From Candidatus Eremiobacteria bacterium (GTDB lineage Bacteria; Vulcanimicrobiota; Vulcanimicrobiia; Vulcanimicrobiales; Vulcanimicrobiaceae): a stretch of 64,000 nucleotides of DNA. The stretch spans positions 128,001-192,000 of the forward strand of contig CAVTRC010000001.1 in the NCBI GenBank assembly GCA_963737065.1. The letters are read 5' to 3'. Shown piece by piece: positions 50,928 to 62,211 of the stretch; position 1 is the stretch's first letter; every line of letters starts with the position of its first letter. The notes under the pieces were generated by a model that saw only the letters and a list, made by a program, of their open reading frames with translations, made no database searches and had not been told where the DNA came from. Both the position numbers and the translations under genes were made by a program.

Positions 50928-52347
50928 TCGTTGCGACCTCGATCATCTGGTCGTCGGGACCCTTGAGGCCGAGTTGCGCCGCGCACTCTTCCGCCGGATA
51001 CGTCCAAATTTCCGCGAGCGTGGGATGCAGATGCGGAATGCGCATGAACTGCTCGACCGTCGCGTCATAGTTCATTGCCACGATCACTTCATGAATGAGC
51101 TCCGAGGCTTGCGGACCGATGACTGCCGCGCCGAGAATTTCCCCGGTAAACGGTTCGGCCATCATCTTCACGAAGCCGTCGGTTTTGTTCAAGCACATGG
51201 CTTTGCCGTGTTCGGCGAAATCGTAGCGTCCGCGTACGTATGGAGTACACGCGCGCGTCAAAGACTTCTCGGTTTCGCCGACGACGGCAACTTGCGGGTC
51301 GCTGAAGATCGTATGCGCCGTAACGATCCGGTAGTCGGCTTCTTCGTTGGTTCCCTCGACGGCGTTACGCGCCGCAATCTCGCCTTGATAGATCGCGACG
51401 TGGACGAGCGCATAGTCACCGGTTACATCGCCGATCGCAAAGATATCCGGATTGCTCGTGCGCAACGCGAGATCGACGTCGATTCCCGAAACGGGATGAA
51501 AGTTCACGCCGGCAATATCAAGTCCCAGACCTTGAACGTTCGGTACGCGCCCCAGTGCGTAGAAAATCTCTTCTGCGGCAAACGTTCGTTCTTCGCCGTC
51601 GACGCTCGCGACGACCACCTTCACGCCGTCATGGACTTCAACGCGATGCAGCACGGCATGCGTGACGACGTCGATCCCGTCGCGCCGGAAGCATCTCACG
51701 AGTTCTTCGCCGATGTCATCATCGGTTTCGGTTAGTAGGTGTCCGCTGCGGATGATCATCGTGATCTTCGCGCCGACACGCGACAGAAACTGGCCGAGTT
51801 CACACGCGGTATATCCGCCGCCGAGCACGACGATCGACTTCGGGATACGTTCGAGTTCGAGCACGGAATCGCTATCGAGGTAGCCGGCCTCGGCAAGTCC
51901 CGGAAGCACCGGCGGAGCAATCGAACTTCCGGTCGCGATGATAAACTTGGGGGCACGAAGCCGCGTGCCGTCACCGACCTGCACTTCGTGCGGCGATAGG
52001 AATTTCGCGCGCCCGATGTACGTCGGAAAACCCTTGATGCCGTCGATGCGGTAATCGGCGAAATCCTTCACCAAGGCGCGCTTGCGTTGGACGATGTACG
52101 GCATGTCGGCCGTAACTGTACCGCCGATACGAATGCCGAGCGCATCGGCATGCTGCGCATCGTGCATCGCATCGCTCGACGCGAGGAACGCTTTGCTCGG
52201 CATGCATCCGCGCAGAATACAAAGGCCGCCGAGCGGCCCTTGGTCGACGAACGCAACCGCGGCGCCGCAATCGCGCGCGGTTCGCGCAGCCGCATAGCCG
52301 CCCGATCCGGCTCCGACGACGACGAGATCGTAATCCTGAATCTCCAT
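50911..52347 (-). CDS. Pyridine nucleotide-disulfide oxidoreductase (dihydrolipoamide dehydrogenase/MerA-like)
   Basis: GAGSGG, GGLCILRGCMPSK redox disulfide, HPTLAE. Confidence 0.92.
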   Translation of the reverse strand: MEIQDYDLVVVGAGSGGYAAARTARDCGAAVAFVDQGPLGGLCILRGCMPSKAFLASSDAMHDAQHADALGIRIGGTVTADMPYIVQRKRALVKDFADYRIDGIKGFPTYIGRAKFLSPHEVQVGDGTRLRAPKFIIATGSSIAPPVLPGLAEAGYLDSDSVLELERIPKSIVVLGGGYTACELGQFLSRVGAKITMIIRSGHLLTETDDDIGEELVRCFRRDGIDVVTHAVLHRVEVHDGVKVVVASVDGEERTFAAEEIFYALGRVPNVQGLGLDIAGVNFHPVSGIDVDLALRTSNPDIFAIGDVTGDYALVHVAIYQGEIAARNAVEGTNEEADYRIVTAHTIFSDPQVAVVGETEKSLTRACTPYVRGRYDFAEHGKAMCLNKTDGFVKMMAEPFTGEILGAAVIGPQASELIHEVIVAMNYDATVEQFMRIPHLHPTLAEIWTYPAEECAAQLGLKGPDDQMIEVATSGTAG

Positions 52348-52387
52348 CCGACCCTCGTAACGCCGCAATCCGGCGAAAGGTTGAGCG

Positions 52388-53335
52388 CTAACGTCCGCTC
52401 GGACGCGCGCCGAGCCGATGCACCGACTCGATCATGCGCACCGTGCCGCGGGCGTGCACGAGGATCGAATGCGTGCGCGCGTGATTTCCGAAGAAACGCA
52501 CGCCCTGCATCAAGTCGCCGTCGGTGATCCCTGTTGCGCAAAAGATCACATCGTCACTTTTAACGAGATCGTCGATCTCGAGAACGCGGTCGATCTCGCC
52601 GAACCCCATAGCAATCGCACGCTCTGCCTCTTCGCGGTTGCGCGGCTGCAGCCGCCCCATGAAGTTGCCGCCGAGACATTTGATCGCCGCGGCCGCCAGC
52701 ACACCTTCGGGCGCTCCGCCGGTGCCCATCGCGACGTGAATACCGGTCGTTTCGATCGCCGTCGCAATGCAAGCGTCCACGTCTCCGTCCGAGATCAGCT
52801 TGATGCGCGCGCCCGATTCGCGTACTTCACGAATCAACTCGGCGTGGCGCGGACGGTCGAGGATTACCGCGCAGATATCGTTGCGCGGTTTTTCGAGCGC
52901 ATTCGCAACCGCTTCGATATTCTCACGAACCGGCGCATCGATGTGGACGTATGGTGCGGCCTTCGGGCCGACCGCGAGTTTCTTCATATATGAGTCCGGC
53001 GCATGGAGCAGGCCGCCGCGTTCCGCGATCGCCATCACGGCGATCGAGTTCGGCAACCCGTTCGCAACCAGATTCGTACCTTCAACCGGGTCGACTGCGA
53101 TGTCGACCGGAGCGCCGCCGCGGCCCACTTCCTCGCCGATATAGAGCATCGGGGCCTCGTCGCGCTCGCCTTCGCCGATGACGATACGGCCGGCGATATC
53201 CATTTTGCCGAGCGATTCGCGCATCTTCTCCACGGCAGCCCCGTCGGCGGCGTCCCGTTCACCGCGACCAATCCATCGGGACGCGGCAAGGGCGGCGCTC
53301 TCGGTGACCTTCACGAAGTCGAGCGAATTTACCAT
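52388..53335 (-). CDS. glpX: Class II fructose-1,6-bisphosphatase
   Basis: [39 protein letters not shown]. Confidence 0.97.
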   Translation of the reverse strand: MVNSLDFVKVTESAALAASRWIGRGERDAADGAAVEKMRESLGKMDIAGRIVIGEGERDEAPMLYIGEEVGRGGAPVDIAVDPVEGTNLVANGLPNSIAVMAIAERGGLLHAPDSYMKKLAVGPKAAPYVHIDAPVRENIEAVANALEKPRNDICAVILDRPRHAELIREVRESGARIKLISDGDVDACIATAIETTGIHVAMGTGGAPEGVLAAAAIKCLGGNFMGRLQPRNREEAERAIAMGFGEIDRVLEIDDLVKSDDVIFCATGITDGDLMQGVRFFGNHARTHSILVHARGTVRMIESVHRLGARPSGR

Positions 53336-53537
53336 AGCTCCTCGTTTGCATGCTCATCGGCGCAGGCGGTGAACGGGCCGCGTTCGAGCCGTGCTTTCGT
53401 CCGCCCTTGCATTGCCTCGGCGCGCCGGTGCGTCACTGCGCCGTAGGTGCGCTGCGCGCTCCTCAGGAAAATGGTGGGCCGTGTCGGCCCGTATTCACGC
53501 ATCGCGCGCACCGGTTCACCTCGAAATCATTGCGGAA

Positions 53538-55007
53538 TTGACGAGCGGCGGAACGCTTCCGCTCGCCGTCGTGGCCGCCGCCGGAATCACGCTTGGATTT
53601 TTCGCGTGGCTGATGGTCGTGGTGCCCCGCCACGACGCGCTTCTCTCGAATCTGGCGCTGGCCGGCTCCGTCGTCGTTGCAGCCGGCGTCGTCCTCCTCG
53701 CGTGGAACGGGTATGCGAAGTACTTCGCGCGGCGAACCGGGATCACGTTCGCGCGCGCGCTGCAGTACGATGCGATCGCGTGGGCACCGTTTATCCTGTT
53801 GTGGCTCACATTCGCGCTCTCGGTGACCTTCACGCGCGATGGTTCGACGGTGCTTGGGATCTCGCTCGGGCTCTTCGCAATAGCGAAAGTGCTGATCGCA
53901 GCGCGGTTCAATCAAACCGTGCGCGAGGTGCTGATTGACTTTGTCGCGACACGAGCCGCCGTGATCGTCATCGCGGAACTTGCGGCCGTCATTATCGGAC
54001 AGCGCGCGGGCACGCACGTGCAAGAGTCTTCGAACCTCTTGCTCAACGTGTGGGGTCGCTGGGACGCCGTACATTATCTCGATATCGCGACGCAAGGCTA
54101 CCAGGGAACCGACATGGCGTTCTTCCCGCTCTTTCCACTAATGATCCGCGTGCTCGGCAACTTGATGGGAAACCATCTCGTCGCCGGTATCCTGATCGCG
54201 AACGCCTCGTTCTTCTTCGCGCTGCTCTACCTCTATAAGCTGCTCGAGCACGAATTCGACCGGTCGGTGGCGCGACGTGCGATCTTCTACGTCTCCATTT
54301 TTCCGACCGCGCTCTTCTTCTCGGCCGTGTACACCGAGTCGCTGTTCTTCATGCTGACCGTCGCGTCGTTCTATTACATGCGCATGCATCGGTGGTGGCT
54401 GGCGGCGGTCATCGGACTGTTCGCATCGACGTCGCGGGTCGAAGGCATCCTGCTCGTCGTGCCGTTCGTGATGGAGTGGTATGCGCAGCATCGCGACAAT
54501 ATTCGCGACCGCCGCGCGCTCATCGACCTGTGCGCCGCCGCGCTGATTCCGGTCGGGCTCGCGTTCTACATGGCCTACCTCTGGGTGTTGCGCGCGGATC
54601 CGCTCTACTTCTCGCACGTGCAGATTCATTGGAATCGTCACTTCGCGCCGCCGTGGGTTAGCGTAATCAATGCCTTCTCGAAGATCGGCCACGCGACGCA
54701 AGCGCAAACGATCGCGAATCAGTCGCTCGAGATCGTGTTCACCGCACTCATGATCGCCGTGCTGCTCGGCGGATGGAAACAACTGCGGCCCTCCTATATC
54801 GCCTACATGGCGCTTTCGGTTCTGATTCCGATGTCCACATCGAGCTTGATGAGCATGCCGCGCTTCGCGCTCGTCCTCTTTCCGATGTTCGCGATCCTCG
54901 CGCGCTGGGGTGAACGTCCGGCAGTGAATAACTTGATCGTCGCGCTCTCGCTCCCGCTCCTAGGTCTCTTCACCGTTCTCTACGCAGATTGGTATTGGGT
55001 TGCATAA
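53538..55007 (+). CDS. PIG-V-like GT-C mannosyltransferase (start approximate)
   Basis: RWDAVHYLDIATQGY, AFFPLFP, VYTESLF, SMPRF; many TM segments. Confidence 0.88.
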   Translation: MTSGGTLPLAVVAAAGITLGFFAWLMVVVPRHDALLSNLALAGSVVVAAGVVLLAWNGYAKYFARRTGITFARALQYDAIAWAPFILLWLTFALSVTFTRDGSTVLGISLGLFAIAKVLIAARFNQTVREVLIDFVATRAAVIVIAELAAVIIGQRAGTHVQESSNLLLNVWGRWDAVHYLDIATQGYQGTDMAFFPLFPLMIRVLGNLMGNHLVAGILIANASFFFALLYLYKLLEHEFDRSVARRAIFYVSIFPTALFFSAVYTESLFFMLTVASFYYMRMHRWWLAAVIGLFASTSRVEGILLVVPFVMEWYAQHRDNIRDRRALIDLCAAALIPVGLAFYMAYLWVLRADPLYFSHVQIHWNRHFAPPWVSVINAFSKIGHATQAQTIANQSLEIVFTALMIAVLLGGWKQLRPSYIAYMALSVLIPMSTSSLMSMPRFALVLFPMFAILARWGERPAVNNLIVALSLPLLGLFTVLYADWYWVA

Positions 55008-55431
55008 CAATCTCTCGTCGATCGCGGGACGCCGCGGCGTCCGTCAATTCGTAAAGTTCGGCATCGTCGGCGCGTCTGGTTTCCTCGTCAACTTCATCGT
55101 CTTCACGCTGCTGCAAAAAGTCGATCCGCAGCACGATGAAGCCTTGCACTATTACGTGCTCTATTCCATCGCATTTCTCTCCGGCGGCGTCTCCAATTAC
55201 TGGTTCAACCGCATCTGGACGTTTCGTTCGACCGGACACGCGGTGCACGAAGGCGCAAAATTTCTCACCGTGTCCATCATCGCAATGGTCGTCGGCTGGG
55301 TCGCATCGGCCGCCGTCGCGCCGTGGTATGGGCACGGGCATCGCACGTGGTTCGTCGGTACGCTCGCCGGTATTTTCGTGAATTTCTTCGTCAACAAATA
55401 CTGGACGTTTAAAAATGGCGCTCCGGCCTAG
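55000..55431 (+). CDS. GtrA family flippase
   Basis: QFVKFGIVG, NYWFNRIWTF, NFFVNKYWTF. Confidence 0.92.
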   Translation: MHNNLSSIAGRRGVRQFVKFGIVGASGFLVNFIVFTLLQKVDPQHDEALHYYVLYSIAFLSGGVSNYWFNRIWTFRSTGHAVHEGAKFLTVSIIAMVVGWVASAAVAPWYGHGHRTWFVGTLAGIFVNFFVNKYWTFKNGAPA

Positions 55432-55441
55432 CTCGGAGCCT

Positions 55442-55460
55442 GTCCTAAGCTTGTCGAACG
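55442..55460. repeat. Degenerate copy of the GTCCTGAGC..GTCGAAGG repeat
   Basis: gtcctaagcttgtcgaacg, intergenic. Confidence 0.55.
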
Positions 55461-55476
55461 ACGCCGGCCGCCTGCG

Positions 55477-57240
55477 GTGGGGCCCCCGAGTAATGGGGCG
55501 CTCGACGTGCCGGTAAGCGAAGACTCCCCTAGGGCGCCCCAAATAAACATCACGTCTTCAAGCAACGTTCATCGGGACTTCGTCGCGCTCTTGTTCGACA
55601 AGTATTTTTTATGGATACTTGGCGCGGTCGTGCTGCTTGCGGCGGTGTTGCGGTATAAGGGAATCCATAGCCCGATTCTCGATCACCCGGGATGGCGGCA
55701 AGGTGATACGGCCAGTATCGCGCGCAACTTTGCGGTCCTGCAGTACAACATTTTATTTCCGCAGACGAACTACAACGGACCGCCGCCAAACTACGTCGAG
55801 CTCGAACTGCAGATCGTGCCGTTTCTCGCGGCGACGCTGTACAAAATGTTCGGCGTTCACGAGATCTTCGGACGGCTGATTTCCGTAGCGTTTTCGCTCG
55901 GAACGGTCGCGGTCACCGGCCTTTTCGCCCGTTGGCTCTTTACGAGCAGCGTTGCCGGAATTATCGCGGCATTCTTTTACGCGATCTTTCCGGGAAGTCT
56001 CTACTACGGGCGGACGTTCACGCCGGATACGACGATGGTCTTCTTCTTGACGGCCGCACTCTACGTAACGACGCGCCTTATTATCGAAGACGAAATCTTC
56101 TCGCAGCGTTCGCTCGCGCGGGCAACAGCGCTTCTGACCTTCGCATACCTCGCCAAGCCCGTCGCGGTCGCCGGAATCGTGCCGGTGATTGCGGCGTTGT
56201 GGGAACGCGTGCGCAGCGGGCGCACGATGCGGCCGACCGCGATTGCCGTCATGCTCGTCGTACCGCTCGTGATTCTGTATCTTTACGATGTGCGCGTCGG
56301 CGAACACGCGGAGTGGCATTGGGCTAGCGGCATTACGAAGCTGCACGTCCTGCCGTCGCTCATCGCGGCGGTTACTCATCCGCGCGCATTCGTTGAGAAG
56401 GCGGAAACGTTCTGGCAGGTGCTCGGGATGCTGCGCGATACGATGCTCGGAACGATCGGCTTCTGCGTAGCGATTGCTTCGTTCATTGCGCTTCCGTGGC
56501 TCGCCGCGCGCAGTCGCGCGATGGTATGGGGCTGGCTCGCCGGCGGCCTCGCCTACACGTACGTCGTCGTGACGGTGGAGCGCGTCGACTACTACCTCTA
56601 TCTGTTCCTGCCGCTTTGCGCGCTCGTTATCGGCGGCGCGCTCGCCGCGTTCTTTGAACGCATGCTTCGCACCGATGCCGCGCCCGCAACGCGGTACGCC
56701 ATCGCATCGCTCGTCCCGATCGTCGCCATCGCGTCCGCCGTCAACGGTCATGCTGCGATCCGCGGCTACTACGCATATAACAAACAAACGTATCGTAATG
56801 CCGTTGCGCTCGACCGGACGCTGCCGAAAAACGCGATCGTCGTCATCGGCCACTACGGTCCGGACGTGCAGTACTACATCAATCGCTATGGCTGGGAAGA
56901 AGACCCGTACCTTTGGACGCCGTTCGACGAACAGAGCGCAATCCGAAAAGGCGCGCGCTACTTCATCTCGATCGAAGACAACCGATTCCGCCGAAACCTA
57001 GAACTCTGCGCGTGGATGTCGCGCTTTCCGGTGCGCGATGCGAACGCGACGGGTTCCCGCGTTGCGCGGGAACCCATCTGGCCGGTTTATGAGACCGACC
57101 CGGCGCGCGTGCGTCCCGGCACGCAAGCGTTTTGGCGCGCGTTCCGCAGCGCGGAACGAGCGGGCAGCGGACGCGCGTTCTTAGACGTTCGCGGCGTATG
57201 CATGCTCCGCCCGAATAGTGTCCGTCGCATTCGGACGTAA
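55477..57240 (+). CDS. ArnT/PMT-like GT-C glycosyltransferase (true start may be downstream, e.g. TTG 55591)
   Basis: [35 protein letters not shown]; many TM segments. Confidence 0.85.
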   Translation: MGPPSNGALDVPVSEDSPRAPQINITSSSNVHRDFVALLFDKYFLWILGAVVLLAAVLRYKGIHSPILDHPGWRQGDTASIARNFAVLQYNILFPQTNYNGPPPNYVELELQIVPFLAATLYKMFGVHEIFGRLISVAFSLGTVAVTGLFARWLFTSSVAGIIAAFFYAIFPGSLYYGRTFTPDTTMVFFLTAALYVTTRLIIEDEIFSQRSLARATALLTFAYLAKPVAVAGIVPVIAALWERVRSGRTMRPTAIAVMLVVPLVILYLYDVRVGEHAEWHWASGITKLHVLPSLIAAVTHPRAFVEKAETFWQVLGMLRDTMLGTIGFCVAIASFIALPWLAARSRAMVWGWLAGGLAYTYVVVTVERVDYYLYLFLPLCALVIGGALAAFFERMLRTDAAPATRYAIASLVPIVAIASAVNGHAAIRGYYAYNKQTYRNAVALDRTLPKNAIVVIGHYGPDVQYYINRYGWEEDPYLWTPFDEQSAIRKGARYFISIEDNRFRRNLELCAWMSRFPVRDANATGSRVAREPIWPVYETDPARVRPGTQAFWRAFRSAERAGSGRAFLDVRGVCMLRPNSVRRIRT

Positions 57241-58395
57241 GAAGGTCTTCACCATTGCGTCGCGATGGCGCGCCATTTCCTTGTAATAGCGCGGCGCATC
57301 ATCGAGCGAGCCGCGATGGGTGATGATGAACGACGGGTCAATTTCGCCTCGCGAGATACGTTCGAGCAACGGCTGCATGTAGCGCTGCACGTGCGTCTGC
57401 CCCGTGCGTAGCTGCAGCCCTTTGCCGAACACGGTGCCCATCGGCATCATATCGATGAAGCCCGTATAGACGCCCGGAATCGACACCGTTCCTCCCTTCG
57501 CACATGCGGTAATCGCTTCGCGAAGGACGTGGGGACGGTCCAATTCCAGCCGCAGTTCCTGCTTCATTTTGTCGAGCATGGCGTCGGGAGTGACCGCGTG
57601 TGCTTCCATACCGACGCAATCGATGCACGCGTCGGGTCCTCGTCCACCGGTATACTGATAGAGCGCTTCGAGCACGTTGTTCTCATCGTGATTGATGACG
57701 TCTGCGCCGGCTTCGCGCGCGAGATCGAGGCGCTCGTTGAACCGGTCGATCGCAATCACGCGCGCCGCGCCGAGCAAGAACGCGCTGCGAATCGCAAACT
57801 GGCCGACGGGTCCGCAGCCCCACACGGCGACGACATCGCCCGGCTTGATGTCGGCGTTCTCCGCCGCCATATAGCCCGTCGGCAAGATATCGGACAAATA
57901 CAACACTTGCTCGTCGCGCAACTCATCAGGGACCTTGAGCGGCCCCGAATCGGCAAACGGCACACGCACGTACTCTGCTTGGCCGCCGGAGTAACCGCCG
58001 AAGAGATGCGAATATCCATACAGGCCGGCCGGCGAATAGCCGTACAGCTTTTCGACGACCGCGGCGTTTGGATTGGAGTTGTCGCAAAGCGAGTATAGCG
58101 CTCGACGGCACGGCTCGCACCCGCCGCACGAAATCGTAAACGGAACCACGACCCGGTCGCCGGGCCTAAGCGTCCGCACTTCCGGGCCGACTTCTTCGAT
58201 CACGCCCATGAATTCGTGGCCGAGGATATCGCCCGGCTTCATCATGAGGACGAGCCCGTTGTACAGGTGCAGATCCGAACCGCAAATCGCCGTCGACGTC
58301 ACGCGGACGATCGCATCATGCGGATTGATAATTGCCGGATCTTCAACGTTCTCGACGCGCACGTCGTGCGTTCCGTGCCAAACAACCGCCTTCAT
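57181..58395 (-). CDS. Zinc-dependent alcohol dehydrogenase (YbdR/FDH-like)
   Basis: ICGSDLH, GHEFMG, CGGCEPC...[17 protein letters not shown]. Confidence 0.93.
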   Translation of the reverse strand: MKAVVWHGTHDVRVENVEDPAIINPHDAIVRVTSTAICGSDLHLYNGLVLMMKPGDILGHEFMGVIEEVGPEVRTLRPGDRVVVPFTISCGGCEPCRRALYSLCDNSNPNAAVVEKLYGYSPAGLYGYSHLFGGYSGGQAEYVRVPFADSGPLKVPDELRDEQVLYLSDILPTGYMAAENADIKPGDVVAVWGCGPVGQFAIRSAFLLGAARVIAIDRFNERLDLAREAGADVINHDENNVLEALYQYTGGRGPDACIDCVGMEAHAVTPDAMLDKMKQELRLELDRPHVLREAITACAKGGTVSIPGVYTGFIDMMPMGTVFGKGLQLRTGQTHVQRYMQPLLERISRGEIDPSFIITHRGSLDDAPRYYKEMARHRDAMVKTFLRPNATDTIRAEHAYAANV

Positions 58396-58811
58396 TGGCG
58401 CGCTCCCGTTGCGATCTCACCGGTTTCGAGCAGCATCTTCATGCGGCGCACGATTTCTTTCACATGGTACTTCTCGCCGTGCATCGCCGCGTGCAACTCC
58501 GTACCGCGGCGTTCCGGCGCGGCGATCAGTGCAAGCCGTCCGCTTTCCTCCGGATGCGGCCCACAACTCCACTCGATCAGGCGATTGTCCGCGAGATCTC
58601 GGACAATCATGAGTTGGTCGCAGCCAACGGATGTTTGAATGATATCGTCGGTCAAGCGATCGATCGCCGTTTCACGATCGAGCGAGACCGTCATCGTCTG
58701 CGCCGTCATTTGGCGTTTTCCGCTCGTGTACGAGCGGATGATTCGCGCTGCTACGGCTGCGGCAAGTACACCGCCTGCCGCAATAGCTACATTTCGATAC
58801 GAAGACTTCAT
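58392..58811 (-). CDS. Short SRPBCC/cyclase-dehydrase-like protein
   Basis: N-terminal anchor, [25 protein letters not shown]. Confidence 0.65.
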   Translation of the reverse strand: MKSSYRNVAIAAGGVLAAAVAARIIRSYTSGKRQMTAQTMTVSLDRETAIDRLTDDIIQTSVGCDQLMIVRDLADNRLIEWSCGPHPEESGRLALIAAPERRGTELHAAMHGEKYHVKEIVRRMKMLLETGEIATGARQ

Positions 58812-58842
58812 GCGCACGCTTTTCCCCGGGTAAAACTCGCCC

Positions 58843-59854
58843 ATGCGTACTCGTCTGATTTCCTTGACCGCGCTCCTCGCCGGCACGTATGCGATCGCGT
58901 CGGCGGTCAGACGCTTGCGTGCAAAGCGACTTGACGGGCAGGTGGTCGTCATTACCGGCGGCTCGCGCGGACTTGGCTTGGCGGTGGCGCGCGAGTTCGT
59001 ACGGCGGAAGGCGCGCGTGGTGTTGATCGCTCGCGACGGCGACGAACTCGCCCGCGCTCGAGACCAGCTCATGAGTATCGGTGCCGAATCAATGGCCGTG
59101 CAAGCAGACGTGCGTAATCGCCGACGACGCACGGCTGGCGGTTGCGCGAGCGTTGGAGTCGTTTGGAAAGATCGACGTGCTTGTAAACGATGCGGGCACG
59201 ATTGTCGTGGGGCCGATGGAGACGATGACGCGTGAAGACTACGCCGACGCACTCGACACGCATTTCTGGGGAACGTACAACATGGTGGAGGCGGCTTGGG
59301 ACGAGCTTCGCCGCAGTCACGGCGCGATCGTGAACGTCACGTCGATCGGTGGACGAATCAGCGTACCGCATCTCCTTCCATATAGCGTGAGCAAGTTTGC
59401 CCAAGTCGGATACTCCGAAGGTCTTCGCGCCGAGGCGGCGCGCTTCGGCATCTCCGTTACGACCGTCACACCGGGACTCATGCGCACCGGAAGTCCCCGC
59501 AACGCGTGGTTCAAAGGAAACAACCGCGCGGAGTACGCGTGGTTCCATGTCTCGGATGCGCTACCGGTTCTTTCGGTTTCCGCATCATATGCTGCGCGCC
59601 GCATCGCCGATGCGTGCGCGCGCGGAGAAGCTAACGTCAGCATCGGGCCGTCGGCGTTTTTCGCAACGCGCATCCACGGACTTTCACCCGGCCTCACCGC
59701 ACGCGCATTGGAAGTCGCGGCTTTTTTGCTGCCGAAGTCTCCCGCGAACGAAACGCCACGCCGGCGAGGAATGGAAAGCGAAACGGCAGTCACGGCATCG
59801 CCGCTCACCGCGCTCAGCAGAAAAGCCGAGCGGGAGTACAATCAACTGCCTTAA
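58843..59854 (+). pseudogene. SDR family oxidoreductase with one frameshift near 59120
   Basis: TGGSRGLG in ORF 58843-59235; DVLVNDAG and YSVSK in ORF 59081-59854. Confidence 0.88.
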
Positions 59855-60648
59855 TGTTGCGAGTCGATGGTATGAAACGTCGTGAGGGCGCGTTCGAACG
59901 CGTCGGGCCCGACGTGGACGTTCCCGCGGAACGGATAATCGAGACTCATCGTAAGAAAAATCACCAAGCCGATCAGTAAGGCGAGGGTCCCGACCATCGC
60001 GGTCTGCATCGCGGATTGCTTGAATCCGAAGAGATACGTAAATGCGACGGTAATGAACCCACCCAGAATGACGGTGAGCCACATCATCCCATTGAGTCCG
60101 GTGGCGTCCTGCGTCAGCCGCTCGTCTCGCGCAGCGAGCGACGCAGCCATCGCGCCGATCATCTGCTCGTGGAGGTTTACTTCGCGCGAATCGCGCGGGT
60201 CGAGCGCGTTGACGTCGTGCGAGAGCCGCTCGGCTTCAGCTTCCGTGTCATCGCTTACGCGACCGGCTTGCATTGCGGGCCATCCGCGTGCGATCACGTC
60301 GTTAACGTACGAATGTAGATCTCTGCGAATGAACCCGCTTTCCGGCAACGATGCGGCAGCGCGATAAACCGTCGCGAGACTGCTAGCCTCGCGATACGTT
60401 GCCGCCTCCGAATCGCTGAATCGTTCCCAAACACCGATCGCGATGAAGCCTAAGACGACGGCGTAGATGACCCCGACGACAGCGAAGATGAAGCCCGTGA
60501 GGTCGTTGTGATCGCGCAACATCTCGGGCGATGAGAACCGGCGCGAAACGCGCGCGAGCGCAATGGAAAGCCCGACGAAGCCGCCCACGACGATGATCGC
60601 GCCAAGCAGCAACGGAAGCCGTTCGAAGAAAGCGACCAAGTACGTCAT
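59851..60648 (-). CDS. DUF4239-like membrane protein
   Basis: VVGVIYAVVLGF..VWE, LDYPFRG. Confidence 0.82.
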   Translation of the reverse strand: MTYLVAFFERLPLLLGAIIVVGGFVGLSIALARVSRRFSSPEMLRDHNDLTGFIFAVVGVIYAVVLGFIAIGVWERFSDSEAATYREASSLATVYRAAASLPESGFIRRDLHSYVNDVIARGWPAMQAGRVSDDTEAEAERLSHDVNALDPRDSREVNLHEQMIGAMAASLAARDERLTQDATGLNGMMWLTVILGGFITVAFTYLFGFKQSAMQTAMVGTLALLIGLVIFLTMSLDYPFRGNVHVGPDAFERALTTFHTIDSQH

Positions 60649-61301
60649 GGCAACGGCAAGAGCGACGCCGCGCTCGAGGACGTCGGCGCGTGCGCCGATT
60701 CGGGAATTCCCGCGCTCACGAGTTCGCGGTAATTGATCAACCGGTTCGTGTTGCGTGCGACGTCGAGTTCGAGCGAATAGCTGCGCTTGATCGCGCTCGT
60801 AAGATCGACGGTATCGTACGTATACGAGAAGCGTGTTATGCTCGCGAGGATGCCTTTGTTCGTGGCGTTGAGCTGCTCGTAGGCTTTTTGAATCGTCGCA
60901 CCGGCTTCTTTATACGTCGGATAGTTCGAGATCACGATCTCGCGCTTGAGCTTGGCATCTTCGATCGTCGATTTCAATCCGGCAAGACGCACGCTAGCGG
61001 GATCGACCTTCAACCCCTCATCGAGCGTAACCAGGGCATCGTCGAAGTCGCCGCTCGTGTAGAGGTCTTGCGCGAGCGCACCGGAGGCTTGAACGAGTCC
61101 CGCGCGCGCTCGTGGATCTTTCGGATCGACGCGCAGCGCAAGACGGTATGCGAGTTCCGCGTCCCGCACGTTGCCGCGGTCCATCGCGACGTCGCCTTGA
61201 TGCACGCGCGTATTGACGATCCAATGCTCGACGCTGCCGGCACAGCCCGCGAGCGGGAATGCCGCCAATGCGACAGCCAGAATCCTAAAAGTGAACCACA
61301 T
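60645..61301 (-). CDS. TPR-containing lipoprotein
   Basis: LAGC lipobox, AELAYRLALRVDP, GLKVDP. Confidence 0.75.
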   Translation of the reverse strand: MWFTFRILAVALAAFPLAGCAGSVEHWIVNTRVHQGDVAMDRGNVRDAELAYRLALRVDPKDPRARAGLVQASGALAQDLYTSGDFDDALVTLDEGLKVDPASVRLAGLKSTIEDAKLKREIVISNYPTYKEAGATIQKAYEQLNATNKGILASITRFSYTYDTVDLTSAIKRSYSLELDVARNTNRLINYRELVSAGIPESAHAPTSSSAASLLPLP

Positions 61302-62205
61302 TTGCGAACCGTGCCACATATTCGATCACCAAAGCGGCTTGGACGAAGACGAGCTGTGAGAGGAGCGAGCCGACAATTGCCGTCACGCTCAAGTAGAACA
61401 CCATCGTACGGACTTCCTCGACCGTACGTTGGCCGTGGATGGCCTGATCGGTGATCATCGACGATGTCGGATCGACGAAGAGCGTGAAAAGGATCGTTCC
61501 GATCCCGTTGATGACGCCCGAAAGGCTCGTTGCGGTACGCGCGACGTTTGGATCGAATACCGAGGCGAGAAACGCGGCCTGCACCCCGATCGAATACACG
61601 CCGGTCACCAAAATGTTGGAGATCAGCAATCGTCGGGGTACCGAACGCCAATCGAACGATCGCACTTCCTCCCACGATGGGAGATGTTCTGAGCGCAGCA
61701 CCTCCGCGACGTTTTTTGGTTTGAGCAGTTGGGCGAGCGCGTGCGGAACGGACCCTCGAAGTTCGAACGATCGCACGCCGCGGCGGAACAGATATGTGAA
61801 CAACGGCAACAAGATCGCGCACACGAGCATGCCAAACGTTCCCGCGAATACGATGAGCCGCAGTTGCCATTCGAACGTGTGCTGCCAGACGCCGAGATCG
61901 GCGTGATGTCCTTGCAATTGCGCCGCCGCATTTCCGGCTGCATCGGAGAGCGGAGCGATGAAAAAGACGGAAAAGAGCGTTGCCAGGCGGCCAACCGTCA
62001 TGAAGAGGTTGTAGAGCGAGATCGACGTGGCGATACGATGCGTCTGAACGCCGGCCAGCCGCGCGGCATATGCGCCGATCGTGACGCCTTGCGTGATGAA
62101 CGTGATGATCATCGCGCCGATGAGGCGGCCCGACCACAAATGGGGAGTGACGTCGATGACCGTCTTGACGGTCTTCGTAATCGTGATGTAGTGGTCGGCG
62201 CTCAC
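61285..62205 (-). CDS. amj: Lipid II flippase Amj family (DUF2837)
   Basis: AYAARLAGVQTHRIATSISLYN, YSIGV, SLSGVINGIGTILFTLFVDP. Confidence 0.85.
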   Translation of the reverse strand: MSADHYITITKTVKTVIDVTPHLWSGRLIGAMIITFITQGVTIGAYAARLAGVQTHRIATSISLYNLFMTVGRLATLFSVFFIAPLSDAAGNAAAQLQGHHADLGVWQHTFEWQLRLIVFAGTFGMLVCAILLPLFTYLFRRGVRSFELRGSVPHALAQLLKPKNVAEVLRSEHLPSWEEVRSFDWRSVPRRLLISNILVTGVYSIGVQAAFLASVFDPNVARTATSLSGVINGIGTILFTLFVDPTSSMITDQAIHGQRTVEEVRTMVFYLSVTAIVGSLLSQLVFVQAALVIEYVARFANVVHF

Positions 62206-62211
62206 CGAGCG

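Noticed and set aside
50911..52347. Mercuric reductase MerA
   Set aside because: There is no C-terminal Cys-Cys pair, no N-terminal metal-binding domain and no mer genes; HPTLAE fits the dihydrolipoamide dehydrogenase-like group.
53329..53511. 60-aa leader ORF before glpX
   Set aside because: It has no RBS, motif or distinctive composition to support coding.
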